Origin: Hormiphora californensis
Lineage: Eukaryota > Animalia > Ctenophora
DNA length: 64,000 nucleotides
Direction of reading: 5' to 3'
Assembly: GCA_020137815.1 (NCBI GenBank)
Contig: CM035355.1
Coordinates: 372,001 to 436,000 of the forward strand
Under the pieces are notes generated by a model. The model was not told where the DNA came from, searched no databases, and saw nothing but the letters and a program-made list of their open reading frames with translations. Each line of letters begins with the position of its first letter. The first letter of the stretch is position 1. Positions 12,027 to 26,200 of the stretch are shown here, one piece after another. A program made the position numbers and the translations under genes.

Positions 12027-15000
12027 TCAACCCTCCTCTGGGCTTGTATTCGGCGAGTCGCTTGTTGGCAGATTTACAGTTGAAAGTTTCCTAACAGAAG
12101 TTCGAAGGTTTCTAGTGTAAGTGTTTGATGGTGTGTTGATGGTGGTTGACATCATGGGGAATGATGCAGTTGTGCTCGAGCCATTCACTCTCTTCCTCCA
12201 GTTCTTGATCAACTCCTTGTTCAGAGCTCCATGCATTATCAGGATCATGATACCCTGTGAGGGTGGATCAGTGTCAAGCGACTCAAGACGGTGAGGGTGG
12301 ATCAGTTAATAGCTGTAGGGGGAGGAGTGGGTATCGAAGGGGGAGGAATGGGTATCGAAGACACTTCACACTTTGATACCCTGTGAGGGTGGATCAGTGT
12401 CAAGAGACTCAAGACGGTGAGGGTGGATCAGTTAATAGCTGTAGGGGGAGTATCGAAGACACTTCACACTTCGCGCGCCGGCAAGGCAGGGCTAACTTCG
12501 TTACCAATGGGAGGAGTGGGTTATCATTCAATTGAAAAATGGTACATGCTAATAACACTGAACTGTCCCGTGGTCTACCAGATCAACAGTAAAGAAATAA
12601 CATTACATACCTGTGGGGCAACTGAGAGAATGTAAAGCCATCGAAGAGCCGCATTCAGATAGGTATAATTGGTTGTTGCAAGAACAAAGAAACCAAAAAT
12701 CCAACCAGTCCCGAGAATCGCACTAAGAGCAAACGCCTTTTGGAGGCGCAGCTGAGGAGGAAATTTCATGGTTTCAAGTCCTCTAAATATATAAAGTCGG
12801 ATTTTTTGAAGTTGTCACCCCCCTCTTCGTGCGCGGGATGTTTTTGCGTGTCACATCACATGTTAACGTGTGGTGTGCGCGTCAAAATTGATAAATTTCA
12901 TATGCGCGGTCATTTTGGGGTGACAACTTCAAAAAATCCGACTTTAGTAGGGTTTTAAGGGTACACCTCGGCAAAATTTTTGTCGAGTGCCCGCTTAGCT
13001 CTCCATATGGGGTTGTAGGGCATACCAAGCCGACCTCAAATATGCAATTTTAGCCCTTAACTCGAATTCATATTTTTGCTACAGCCCCTCAAAGTTTGAC
13101 CCTAAAAACCGGTTTTTAAGGTCCCTAAATTTTATTTTTAGGGCTAGAAAGCTGAAAATTTAGGGATTCATAGAGGATACCAAGGTGTATAGCTCAAATA
13201 GAAATTTTTTGAAATGGAGCTCAATTTTTTGTCTGAGACTATTTTACTTTTTTTGACTTTGAGGCCATATTTGGACATGTTCCTATGGACCGTTAAGGCT
13301 CAAAATTGGATATTTGGTGCTCCTAACAATTGTCAAAGTAGCCACAAATTTTCAGGAGGTCCGAATTTAAAATGTGGCTTACAGGTTTCTTTTTGTAAAG
13401 CACATATTTTAGGAAAACTTAAAATGGCTATATCTCAAAAACGGTAGGTCCTAGCGATCTAATTTTGTGCTAAATCGATTCAGCGGGTCCGATTTTGGGG
13501 GGGTCGTCTCATAGACATTTTGCTCTAAGTCTAACCGTTTTTTCAGAAATCGTATTTTAAGATTTGAACATGTTTAGCAGAAATAGGTAAGATTAGCTCT
13601 AGCTAGAAGCATTTCTGCTAAACATGTACAAACCTTAAAATACGATTTCTGAAAAAACGGTTAGACTTAGAGCAAAATGTCTATGAGACGACCCCCCCAA
13701 AATCGGACCCGCTGAATCGATTTAGCACAAAATTAGATCGCTAGGACCTACCGTTTTTGAGATATAGCCATTTTAAGTTTTCTTAAAATATGTGCTTTAC
13801 AAAAAGAAACCTGTAGGCCACATTTTAAATTCGGACCTCCTGAAAATTTGTGGCTACTTTGACAATTGTTAGGAGCACCAAATATCCAATTTGAGCCTTA
13901 ACGGTCCATAGGAACATGTCCAAATATGGCCTCAAAGTCAAAAAAAGTAAAATAGTCTCAGACAAAAAATTGAGCTCCATTTCAAAAAATTTCTGTTTGA
14001 GCTATACACCTTGGTATCCTCTATGAATCCCTAAATTTTCAGCTTTCTAGCCCTAAAAATAAAATTTAGGGACCTTAAAAATCGGTTTTTAGGGTCAAAC
14101 TTTGAGGGGCTGTAGCAAAAATATGAATTCGAGTTAAGGGCTAAAATTGCATATTTGAGGTCGGCTTGGTATGCCCTACAACCCCATATGGAGAGCTAAG
14201 CGGGCACTCGACAAAAATTTTGCCGAGGTGTACCCTTAATTCTTAATTTATTCTGCTTACCGCCATGGCCGTCAGTTGGTTATCCTCTGTTGCGTTCAGC
14301 TGTACCGGGGCTTTCTTTGTTTTCATTGTAATCCAAAGGACATTAAGAAGGACCCATTGGGTAAAGATGAGTCCTACTGCCAGGGGAGCCCAGAATGTAA
14401 CAGCGGCCGCTGGAAACTGGACAAAACACCTGGAGAGAGTTACTGTTAGTGCAGGGCAGGAAGAACCGACCAAAACAAGTAAACAACCAATCAAAACTCG
14501 TTATTTAGGTCATGTGACTGGTTATCAGCCAATCAGGGACCAGTATTTCCTGATTCGGTCGGTTCCTGGTGCAGGGATGAACTTGAGGTGCAGTGATCTA
14601 CTTACGTTTTTCCGTTTGCATACTCCATGCGCTTCCAGGCGACACCAATTATTGGGAAAACAAGGGGAACTCCCCAGGCGCAAGCATTCCATTTCTGGAA
14701 GTATTTACTGGTATAGTGCGGAAAGATTATCATAAGGCTGGACCGCATGTTCCAAGCCTCTAGAACCATCCAAGCCAACTGACACAACCAGAGATAGTTG
14801 GTCAGCAGTGCAACCTGGGATGTTATTTCTTGTGAAGACTATTTTGCAACTACAATATATATGTTGATTGATCAGTTTGACACGTACTGTGAGACACCCA
14901 GGGCTAACGTCATTGTCGTCAGGTGAGGTGAACCGGTCCATTATTAGGAAGATTATGATGGCTAGGACGAGAGAGCAAGCCAACATTAAGTTCAACCGGA

Positions 15001-18000
15001 TGGGCTTCTTTTTCATTAACACCCTGATGGTGGAAGATAATATTGTAGTTAGTTGGAGGATGTACTGCAGTTCTTAATTGAATTTTAGTACATACTGCTA
15101 AATCGCCGTTTTTTTATAAAAGAAAGGTACGATTATGGTAATTGTATTGGTACAGTTAAAAAGTGGATGATATCGTTGAAAGTGTTGATATATTACTTAT
15201 TCGGAGCAAAGAGTAGGAGGAGAACAACAAGACTGACCAGACTAACTACCAGAAAGACGGTCGATGTTATAATCTCCCCACTCGGGTAATCTACTTCTAT
15301 ACTCTGAAATTGACATTACTGATGTTAGTTTTGAACTATAAGTATGTGGGATGCTCCCACGTTGAGTTTTTGTCTTAAAACTGGGCATATACATTTGGTA
15401 TGCTAATTGCTTAACCACATACCATCATAACAGCGAAGCTAGTAAGGTGGGTGCAAGTACATTGGACCTCTTGGGTGCCCTCCGTAATGCCATTATCCAC
15501 TGTGTCACACCCATCTTTTAACCATCTCTCACTCTCCCCTGTGAGATTAGATAGCAACATTGTTAATCGAATAAGGTGCTCGATCAATTGATGTGTCGAG
15601 TAGGCCTGGGGACCCAACTGAATCTTGTAGTTATGTGCTCAATTTTATCACCACATATTTCTTACCATCGTAATATTGGCATGTTACACTGGGCTTGAGG
15701 ATGAGTTTTCGTTCAATGCCATTCACAATCCTCTTCTCGATTTCTGTCCTCTAAATAGTGGACTATTTATTATTTAAACCGAATCGAACACGACCCTCCT
15801 TCTTGTTTTGTTGCTAGGCAATCTCCTTCCTGACTCGTTACTTACGTTAACTCTGTACTTCAGAACGACAGATTCCCCATTCGTAAGTTGTCTCTTCACA
15901 CGATCCTTACTGTACACATTCACCTCTCCTATCACTCCAGTGACTGATATCACGTTGCTCTGGGTAGAAAATAAAGCAATCAAATTTTTACCGTCAGAGA
16001 ATTAGTTGGGAGCTTATATAGCATGATAATGCTGTAGTGTAATTGTAAGTAGTATGGAACGTAATGGAGAATGGAGATATAATTGTGTCTAGAAACATCT
16101 AGTTTCATAATATACAGGGGCGTCGACACGGGTTGGGGCCAGGTATGGCAGCCGGTGCGAAGCACCGGTATTATATGTGGCATACAAATATGCGACCGGA
16201 GCGCCCGAAGGGCGCGTAGGGAGCTCCGGCAGGGGGTTTGGGGGGCGCAGCCCCCCAACCGGGGTCCAGGGGCGGGAGCCTCTGGTGGGGGTCTAGGGGG
16301 CGAAGCCCCGGGAAAATTTTTTGGTCTAAGCAAGCATTTTAAAGCATTTTCCCAATAACTAATTGTAATATTTTGAACAATCTTTCCCTGTATTTTAGAC
16401 TGATATCACCAGCGAACGTATACAATAGCAGTATTTATCTCCCTTTTTTCTTTTCCCTTTTTGGGAAGCCCCTCAGCCGGGGTCCAGGAGGCGAGGGCCT
16501 CTGAATCAAAGTCTGATGGAGGTCTAGGGGGCGAAGCCCCCGGAAAAATTGTTTAAGCAAGCATTTTAAAGCATTTTCCAGAGAAATTCACCTTTGCCTG
16601 GGAATTCCAGGTATGGCGGCCGCCATACCTGCCATACCCGTGTCGACGCCCCTGATATAGCCCTCCCTATAACACTCCCTATAACACTACCCCTTACTAC
16701 CACACACCACCCCCAGCATGATGAGAAAGGGGCAGCTCCGACAATGGTGTAGCAGTGTGTTCTAATCGCTTATTCCGTATAAGGTAAATACGATTGACAA
16801 TGGTCCCCCGCCCTGTTTTGGCATGATCGCCACCACAGCAGAGAGAAAATACACACACACTCTATTTCTGTGTGCTTGCAGTGTGTGTTTGAAAAATACT
16901 GCACCCCACCCTACTATTCTTCCAATTTCACGTTGTCAATTCACTGCTTTTTGTTTTGCTTACCTCTTCCTTTTTCAAGTTCAAATCCTCAGCAATGATA
17001 TCGTATTTATCCTCCCAGTCGAGTCCGTACAGAGGTGTATCAGTAGTTGACTGATAGTTAGGGTACATAGAGTCAATGGTGGAGACTTCCACTGAGATGG
17101 CATCCTTACTACTTGACTTCACAGACGCCTATCATTTGGGAATGTTGATATTTGTTAGTCATATGGAGCCTCACTGACACAATTTATTTGGATACTCGTA
17201 GTCGTGAGGTAGCTCTGTGCTGCAGCCTGCAGTTTCTAATCTATCACCATACATATAATAAAACGATAGAGTGCAGTGTACCTCGAAAAAGACTGCCGGT
17301 TTATCATCGAAAAGGCCCTCACTCTCTATGTCTGCAGTCTCTAGATTCTTGTCATTGCCACTAAGGGAGATTACCAATACGGACTCCGATGTTGATGGTG
17401 ACCCCGTGACTGCTGCAATCGCTGAAAGGGTTTGACATCATCAACATATTGTTCTTTTCGTTTTGAATTAAAAAATTAGATTTAAAATAAATAAGATTTA
17501 AAATTAGATTATGGTCGCTATCATGGTCACTATACCTACCAAGTGCTTCTGTCTTGACGAACGATTCAGAAGAGTTCTTTTCTTGAGCTCGTATTACCAT
17601 TGATTGTGCAAGCGAATTAGTAGCCTCACGAACTCTGAAATATCATTTTGTTTGTACACATGTGTAATTGGAGGATATCTTAACAAATGTCAATAATATT
17701 GACACTCGAGCACGTAATGAAATTATACTCATGGCATCACTAACACGTCACACCTCATAGAACACATGTCACAGTACACTCTAGCAGGCTTGATGCTTTC
17801 TTTCGCATTGATTCCACTTTATAAGGAACAACTTTAGTTTTATAGTAGGACTCACTTAAATTCTCTCTTACCCTGCTGCTGCCTCGACGATTCTTTCTTC
17901 AAATTCGTCTTCACTTTCCAAGTTTGAAACTTTTATGATTTTGTTAGCCGTGTTTGCCAGGTTTTGAATTGTCTGTGTGAGGAAATAGGTGATCATTGTA

Positions 18001-20197
18001 AATCATAATTCCGAATGTATGCAAACAAAGAACGTGTACTTAGTTACCATGGTAACCAATGAACATACCTCATCAGTTAGATCGCTAGTAAGGTTGTTTG
18101 AGATTTGCTTGATAACATCAGCCGTATTCTCTACATCAGTACTACTCATTTTCGTAGTATCAACATCAGATATTTCTTGAGAGATCGTGTTTTGGTTGTC
18201 ATCCGTCAGGGTTTCATCGACTTCCTTTTGAAATATACCGTTTATAAAAGGTTTCATGCAATTATTACTCTTAACGATACAAAATCTCTCTTATAGTCCT
18301 ACACTTAAATCGGCTGGGCCTACAGCTGGGGAGAGTGTGTGTAGAGCTCAATTACCTTCAGGATATTCTTAATTTCACCAGAAACTTCAGTTTGGCATTC
18401 GGTGAAGTCTGTTGGGAGGAACCCTTTACCTTCAACAGGGTCCAATGGGCATAGTTTTCTCGCCATTTTCTCATTCTGATTAGGATTTGAAGAATGAAGG
18501 ATCACTTGATTATTTCATCTGCTCTAATCAGAGGTAAACACCAGTGATAAAAACTAGGTCGCTGCTACTGGTATATTTGTGACTACCATTATTTATTAGT
18601 GCAGATAGGGCTAGTTATGATGGACTCACATTGTAGGCACACGGTAGAGTAACTTCGTTTCCAGGAACTGCTTTTGGCCAAGTATAGTTTCCATACTTTG
18701 TATTTAAATCCTTGTCCGCTTCGCACGCTATACGGTGATAGGGGAGGTAAGATATGAAGAAACTATCTGTTTCTCAGTGTCTTAGGGTATGTCGATAACT
18801 AAACACCCAGGATTTTTGATCAGCTAATAATTAACTACGGTATGATAACTCTCAGAGTATCGTTATGATACATGTCGCCATGCCTATAATCCCCATCATG
18901 GTATGACCCCATGGCGCAAGCTTCTCTATTATAGATCCCATATTGGCTGCTATTGTACCATCTCATCAAATTAGATATCTATTGTGACAACATGGAGCAA
19001 TATGTATAGTTCTTACCAGGGACATCATGGAGCAATATATATAGTTCTTACCAGGGACATCCCCAGCAGCACAGAGGGGTTCCTCTTCATTGCCAGAGCA
19101 ACTTGCACACTCCGTAGATCCTTCCTCAGCAGTGAACTCACCCTCTGGACAATTCTCACACTGCACTTGACCTGTCCAACATTTGGATTTGTTATGCATG
19201 TGAACGTCGAACTAAATTCTGGTATAGGTAGGGGTGGTAAGCCACCTGATCCCGATACAAGGGTGTGATATATGGCATTATTATTATTATAGTGACGTAA
19301 CCATTAACCAGCTGCTATACCATCCCCCAATTTACAATTATATTTATTGAGGCTTTACCTTTTTTAGGCTGGTATTGGTTGACCGGACAATCAGAACATT
19401 CGCTGACAATCCCATTAGCACTATTGAATGTTCCCACTGGGCACTTTAGTATGTCAGAACCACTGTTATAGTATCCTGGTGAAACAGTTAAACTGCCTGA
19501 GAGAATATAGTAAGATGTCATTTTAAGGTCGGACTACCTGCGTCCTGCACAATTCAGGGGATAATAATACTGCTGCATTATATTGAATGCTTTGGTAAAC
19601 AACTTACTGAATTCGTTCGCCAGGACAAACAGCTTCTTCAGTGCGAATGCCATGTTAACTTTTAGTGTAATTACAGCCACGGAGCTGGTTGCAGAACTAG
19701 ACTGACAATTGTAAATATATTGTTCATCAGAAATTTTATCCGGAGAACAAGTTGTTGTTTTTTCATCGCTTGTCTTCGTTTTGATCTCCTATTGTATGTT
19801 ATGGGGTTATTAGCGGTGTATATTAACATTAAACATATACTACAACTGTTTACTGTGAACAAGGAACGTGTCACCCAAATTATGTGTATTTACAGCACTC
19901 GACTCATACAGTTCACTGTCATCCTCAATGAATAGTTTTACATTGTAGTTGATGAAAGTTTGAAAATATATTTTCACTAATTTACTTCTATATCGTTAGT
20001 TATATTAGCTAGTAAGGGCTTGATAAATTAATAATTATTGGTGTTTGGAAAGGAGAAAATAATTCAAGAGAGCGGAGAATAAGAGATGTATTAGACGGAG
20101 GAGGGTTGGCCAGGTGTGTTGGGGATGGGCAAAATATGAGCAGGTGTGGCTGATGCTACACACGACTATGTGAGTGTGTACCTCTGTATATAACACA

Positions 20198-20277
<80 letters not shown>

Positions 20278-23200
20278 TAATATTTGCATACGATTGAGAA
20301 CAGATCGGCGAAAACGGCGCGGTGGTGGTGAAACGGTGAACCTTGCATTAGTCTATAGCCTATAGTTCTTACCAAGGGGTAACTTTCAGTGGCTTGTTTC
20401 TTTTTAATAGGTAAAACCGGTTCCGTTAGTGATAGTGGTGGAGTGGTGACTGCTTCATCAAGTTCAGTCACTCCATCCGAGATTTTCTTTTTTCTATCTT
20501 CAGTCGCTTGTTCCGATCCTGTAAAAACAGTTTGGTTTTGAACTAGTACATGAGGGTTTCTGATCTCGTTGTTGCTGGCTTACCTATTACAATGACTCTG
20601 TGGATAGTGAGTTTCTGGTTTGATAAATCACCAGACGAATATACCCCGGACTTCAGACCATACACATCGTCACTTTTTGTTTTACTAAACAGCTGAGGAT
20701 AAGAAAGTGATATAGACATTGTTTAGAATTTATCCTCGCTGATCAATACTAGGATTAATACTATATTATAGTATTAGGCTTACAGCATCGTCCGTGTCAC
20801 CAAGATCACTAAAAGTGCTTGATGTTGCTATTTGTTCCTCTGAGGAGAGAGTCGAGCCAAGACAGTTGGTCGAATCTGTTTCCTTGAGGCACTGGGAACA
20901 TTTTGATTTTCCAGCGGTAGAAAACGTGAAATAATCACATGATTTGCACTCCGTGGCACCTAAGAAGTTCATGGATTACATAGGTAAATCATCAATGTTT
21001 ACTGTTTACATTTATATGTCAAGTTGTCCGCCAATTAGTTAATACATTGTCTAAACTAGCCGAATTACATCATTTAAGAGGATCACAGTCTATCAGGTAT
21101 CAAGCCTTATATCTTACCAGCCTCATCGCTATAGGTGTTTGCGGGGCAATCAAGACATCCCCCAGTAGTGCTGTTAAGGTATTGACCCGGCTTGCAATTG
21201 TTTTCTGAAAAGAAATACACAGTAAATTGATGATCTCCATATTTAGTTTGGAAAACAACTCTCCTTTGTGTATGCACCCAACATCCCCCAACTACAACTT
21301 CTGCTTTAAAAGGATACGGTGAACGTAATCATTATCGTAAACCTCAAATATTCATGGTCATGGCTATAATAAAACATATGACTAAGTATGCAATGTAGCC
21401 CATGGATAGGACCTGTGTGTGCTCATGCGAAAGACATTTTATCCTGAGCAGGGCACTTTTTCTCAACCCTCGTCGTGAGAGAGGTTTTTTTTAATTTAAA
21501 AATATAAGTCTCTGAACAAGTCTACACGCAGCGTGTAACAAATCAATACACACAACTTCAAGTGATCTCGGTGCAAGAAGTCACACACTGTTGTTGTTTA
21601 TGTTATTCATGTGTAAAAGCAATCTACACTCTGCAACGTAGAAGAAAGCAAGAAGCTAGGCCAGTCGACATGTGAACATAGTCGATAACCTAGAGCCACA
21701 CACATGTGTGTGCGTGGGTGTGTAACAGCGTATGTCGTAGTGTAGTGTGTTCTTGAATGTGCAAGATAATTTAACGGTTTTTGCTTCCACATGCCATTAT
21801 GCCAACATGCCAACAAACTGGCTTTTGATCAATGATCAAACCTAAACAAAACACAAACTTGACCCTCTTTGGGTTTTTTAAATTTTGCACGGTCGAATCT
21901 CTGATAAGATACAGAAATATGATCTTGGAATATTCCCAAAGTCTGAAAGCTGAGACATGAGTCTTTTAAAATTGGCCATGTGCAGCAAGAATAATCAATA
22001 GGTATTTGGGATACCAGGGAAAAGGCAGCTTCATGAAGCTTCACAAACAAAGCAAACCCAAACGAAAATGGACAGAAATCTAAAAGTATATAATTATGTC
22101 CCCCAAAACAAAACCACTTCGTATATGCAGCTTTCACACACTTTTAGCATATCACACAACTGTTCACACGTCACACACAGCTCTGTTCACACATATGACT
22201 GTTTACACACTGTACTTACTTATGTCACACTTGGTTCCGAAAATACCAGGATAACAGTCACACTTCCCCTCGTAGGTTGAACAGTTGTGACGCTGCGAAC
22301 CTGTCTCGTGGCATCCACAATCTGGGGGGGGGGGGTCAATGTAACATGGTAACTTACCAACACATTCCCTAGTAACCATGGTAACTTACCAACACACTCT
22401 CTAGTAACCATGGTAACTTACCAACACACTCCCTAGTAACCATGTTAACCATGGTAACTTACCAACACACTTCCTAGTAACGGGATCCAGATATGCATGG
22501 TTATATCTGCACCCGTCACACGTTCTCCCCTCGTATCGTGTCCTTCCGGGAATACACTCACACTGTCCAGTTACCTAGAGGGATGGGGTTCATGTGGAGC
22601 TGTCACACAAAAAGTTGGGTAACGCGTTACTTATCACGCGTTAGATGAGTACCGCGTTAGATGAGGTATACCTGGTCACATTTCTTGCTCTTGTTGATTG
22701 TTCCCCATGGGTTGCAGTTACACGGCTTGCATCCTTCACCACTGTTGATGCCATAGGTATCACCCTGACAGAGAAAAATGTTAATTTGAGAGCAGGCTCT
22801 CAACACACAAATGATTGATCTCCTCCCGTTTTATCTTACCTCGCATTGAGAACAGTCCCGTCCAGTAACACTGTCCAGACAGAAGCATTGTCCGGTCAGG
22901 TTGTCACATGTTGAGTTAACACTTCCACCCTCATAGCAACCACATACTGAGAGAGTCAGATAGTGTGATTACAGGGTGTTGCTAAGTAATTGAACCACCT
23001 CATTATTTTCACGAGGAACTCTGGAAATTTTCAGGTCTGCTGCATCGTGACCTGTTTCTAAACAACTAGAGCCCAACGTTATCAATAGTAACAACGGCTG
23101 ATACAAACGAATTCGTGACACGAATTTCATGTGTTGAAAAATCAATTTTCGCCCTTTTGAGATACTTTTACCCCATAATTCGGCCTATTTCTCAAAAAAT

Positions 23201-26200
23201 TTCAAATCTCTTGGGATCTTTAGAAAGAGGGGATCAAGCTGTTTCCAAAGAGCTATAAAGTTTCAATATATATTAAAAAGGCAGATGCTTGGTAGTGATA
23301 GTCTTGAGTCAACATTTGCACGTGCAGGTTTAGAGGTGGAGTGGGAGGGGGATAGGGGACATCAGGGGTTTGCAAGGGGGGGGTGGGGGTTATCATGGTG
23401 ACAAATGGTGACAAATGGTGACTCATCTGACCATTTAGGGTATGTCACCATCACCATTTGTCACCATTTATCTCCATTTGTTACCATTTGTCTCCATTTG
23501 TCTCCATTTTTTGACGAAATATGCGGATTTCGGCAGAATTTCTTTAAAATTTTTAAAGAAATTTGATAAAAATTTTTAATTTCTTTAGACCGATATATTT
23601 GTTTATAAGTTGTTAACATGGTCATTCCGGATCGGCTAGTAGTGTTTTGGACCGCTAAAACTTCCCGAAAGTCACGTTGAGGGTGTACCTCCCTCGCACA
23701 ACACATAAAAGCGCAATTAACTACCTGTGACCCCTTAATTACATCCAATCGACTTGAAACTTGGTAGAAGTGTCCCCCAGTGTCCCATAACATCATATTA
23801 TGTCCCATAACATCATATTATGGCTGTAGGGAACTCCAGACAGAATGGTGACAAATGGTGACTTGTCTCAAAATTTTGGTCATGTCACCATCACCATTTG
23901 TCACCATATGTCACCATTTGTCACCATTTGTCACCATGAATCATGATTACCCCCCCTTTGCACGTGCAAATTGAGTTCTTGATCAATATTGAAACTTTAT
24001 TGCTCGATCCCATCTTTCTAAAGATCCCAGGAAATTTGAAATTGGTTAAGAAATGGCCGAGTTATGACTTAAAACGTCTCAAAATCGAGCAAAAATTGAT
24101 TTTTCACCACATGAATCCCTTTGCATCAGCTGTTGTTGCTATTGAGAACGGTGGGTCGGCAGGGAGGTCATTCGGCAGGGAGGGTGGGATATGGGGGTAT
24201 AATGTCCTACGTGCCGACGAGATTGGGATGAGATCGCCGTCGGCACGTAGGACATTATACCCCTATTTTCTGCCCTCCCTGCCGACGGACCTCCCTACCG
24301 ATCGGCAGGGAGGGCCGTCGGCAGGGAGGACATTTTACCCCTCCTTTTACCCTCTGTACCGACGATCGGCAGGGAGGACATTTTACCCCTCCTTTTACCC
24401 TCTGTACCGACGATCGGCAGGGAGGACATTTTACCCCTCCTTTTGCCCTCTGTACCGACGATCGGCAAGTAGGGCCGTCGGCAGGGAGGACATTTATCCC
24501 TCCTTTTCACCCTCACTACCGACGATCGGCAGGGAGGACATTTACCCCTCCTTTTCACCCTCTGTGCCGACGAAACCATAACCCAAACTTAGCCCAAACC
24601 ATCGCCCTTATAACCATCACCCTAACCACCACCCTAACCACCGCCCTAACCACCACCCTAACCCTAACCCTAACCACCGCCCTAACCCTAACCCTAACCC
24701 TAACCCTAACCCTAACCCTAACCCTAACCCTAACCCTAACCCTAACCCTAAACCTTACCCTAACGATACTCAGAGGAACAATATACAGTGAACTCTTCGT
24801 ATTTGGCCTGCCGGCCAAATTCTCGAGCTCACAGAAGGAGTGAAACGCCCTCCCTACCGATCGTCGGTACAGAGGGTAAAAGGAGGGGTGAAATATCCTC
24901 CCTGCCGATCGTCGGTACAGAGGGTGAATAGGAGGGGTAAATGTCCTCCCTGCCGAATACTCTCTCGGAGTGAGTTTTCGGCAGGGAGGGCGGAATATAG
25001 GGGTCAAATGTCCTACGTGCCGACGGCGATCTCATCCCAATCTCGTCGGCACGTAGGACATTATACCCCTATATCCCGCCCTCCCTGCCGAATGACCTCC
25101 CTGCCGACCCGTCGGCAGGGAGGTCCGTCGGCAGGGAGGGTGGGTACCCTCTAGTTACTCAAAAACTCAATGTGCACGTGCACGTCCCTACCATCGCCAG
25201 TTGAACCCCTATCAGCCCATCTGAGCTGCTGCACGTGCAAATCTTGAGTCATCACTACCAAGCATCTGCCTTTTTTAATATAGACTAGCGCACCCATTGG
25301 GTGCGCCTCAAGTAATGTATTTTTGATAACCCACCCGGCTTCGCCGGGTGGTTCTTTTCGCCCCTTTCAACGTCAATAACACGGTTGCCATGGCAACTGA
25401 ATTGGTAACTATGGTGACTGGCATGTTAAAAGTTTTCGAAAATATTAACAAACTTCCACCGGAAGTTCAAAAAGTGTGAGCAACAGCTTTACAGCTTTGG
25501 TCACATGAAGTGTTTTATGAAGGAGCAGTCTGTCGCTTAGATACCGCTGAACGAACGACCATCACTTCGACGTTCATCTTCAAATTATAATAGAGACTAG
25601 CGCACCCACTGGGTGCGCCTCAAGTAAGGGCTGTTGACAACCGGCTCCGGGTGGCTATCTGGGGCGCTCTTTATTTACAATCTTGACGCCAAAATTATGG
25701 TTGCCATGGCAACTGTAACGGTAACTATGGGGACTGAACCCGGACTGAATTGTTAAAATTCATCCGAAAATATTCACAAACAACAACTTTACAGCTTTGG
25801 TCACATAAAGTTTTTTATGAAGGAGCAGACTGTAGTTTAGCAACGCACTGAACGAACGGCCACGACGTTCATCTCCAAATTATAATAGAGATTACCAATA
25901 AACTATTACCAATAATTACCAAACAACTATTGACTAATTCCCCCCTGTGTAGCAATGGAGATGGAGGACTGACCCCGTTACTAAAGAGCAGTATCCCGGA
26001 TATCAGACTAAACATGGATAATGGAGGAACCCGACCAAATAAGGAATCCTTTGATCACATTTGCAAGGTAACAATTGGAACAAACACATACAGTCAACCA
26101 TCATGCGAGATACCGGCTTACTCGCGGTAACTGTTTTAGCCTGGTAATTATAAAATATTCCAATTTGAACACCCTGTACCTAGAATACTATATGTTAATT

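Noticed and set aside
14265-14735. 156-aa plus-strand ORF
   Set aside because: Antisense to GPCR exons and reads through a MITE.
24655-24763. True telomere or chromosome-fusion site
   Set aside because: Short, single orientation, and enclosed within a TIR element.
22970-26178. TACAGGGTGTT...AACACCCTGTA pair suggesting a Pack-type element capturing Rab exon 1
   Set aside because: Only 11 bp of match and a common MITE terminus; probably independent fragments.
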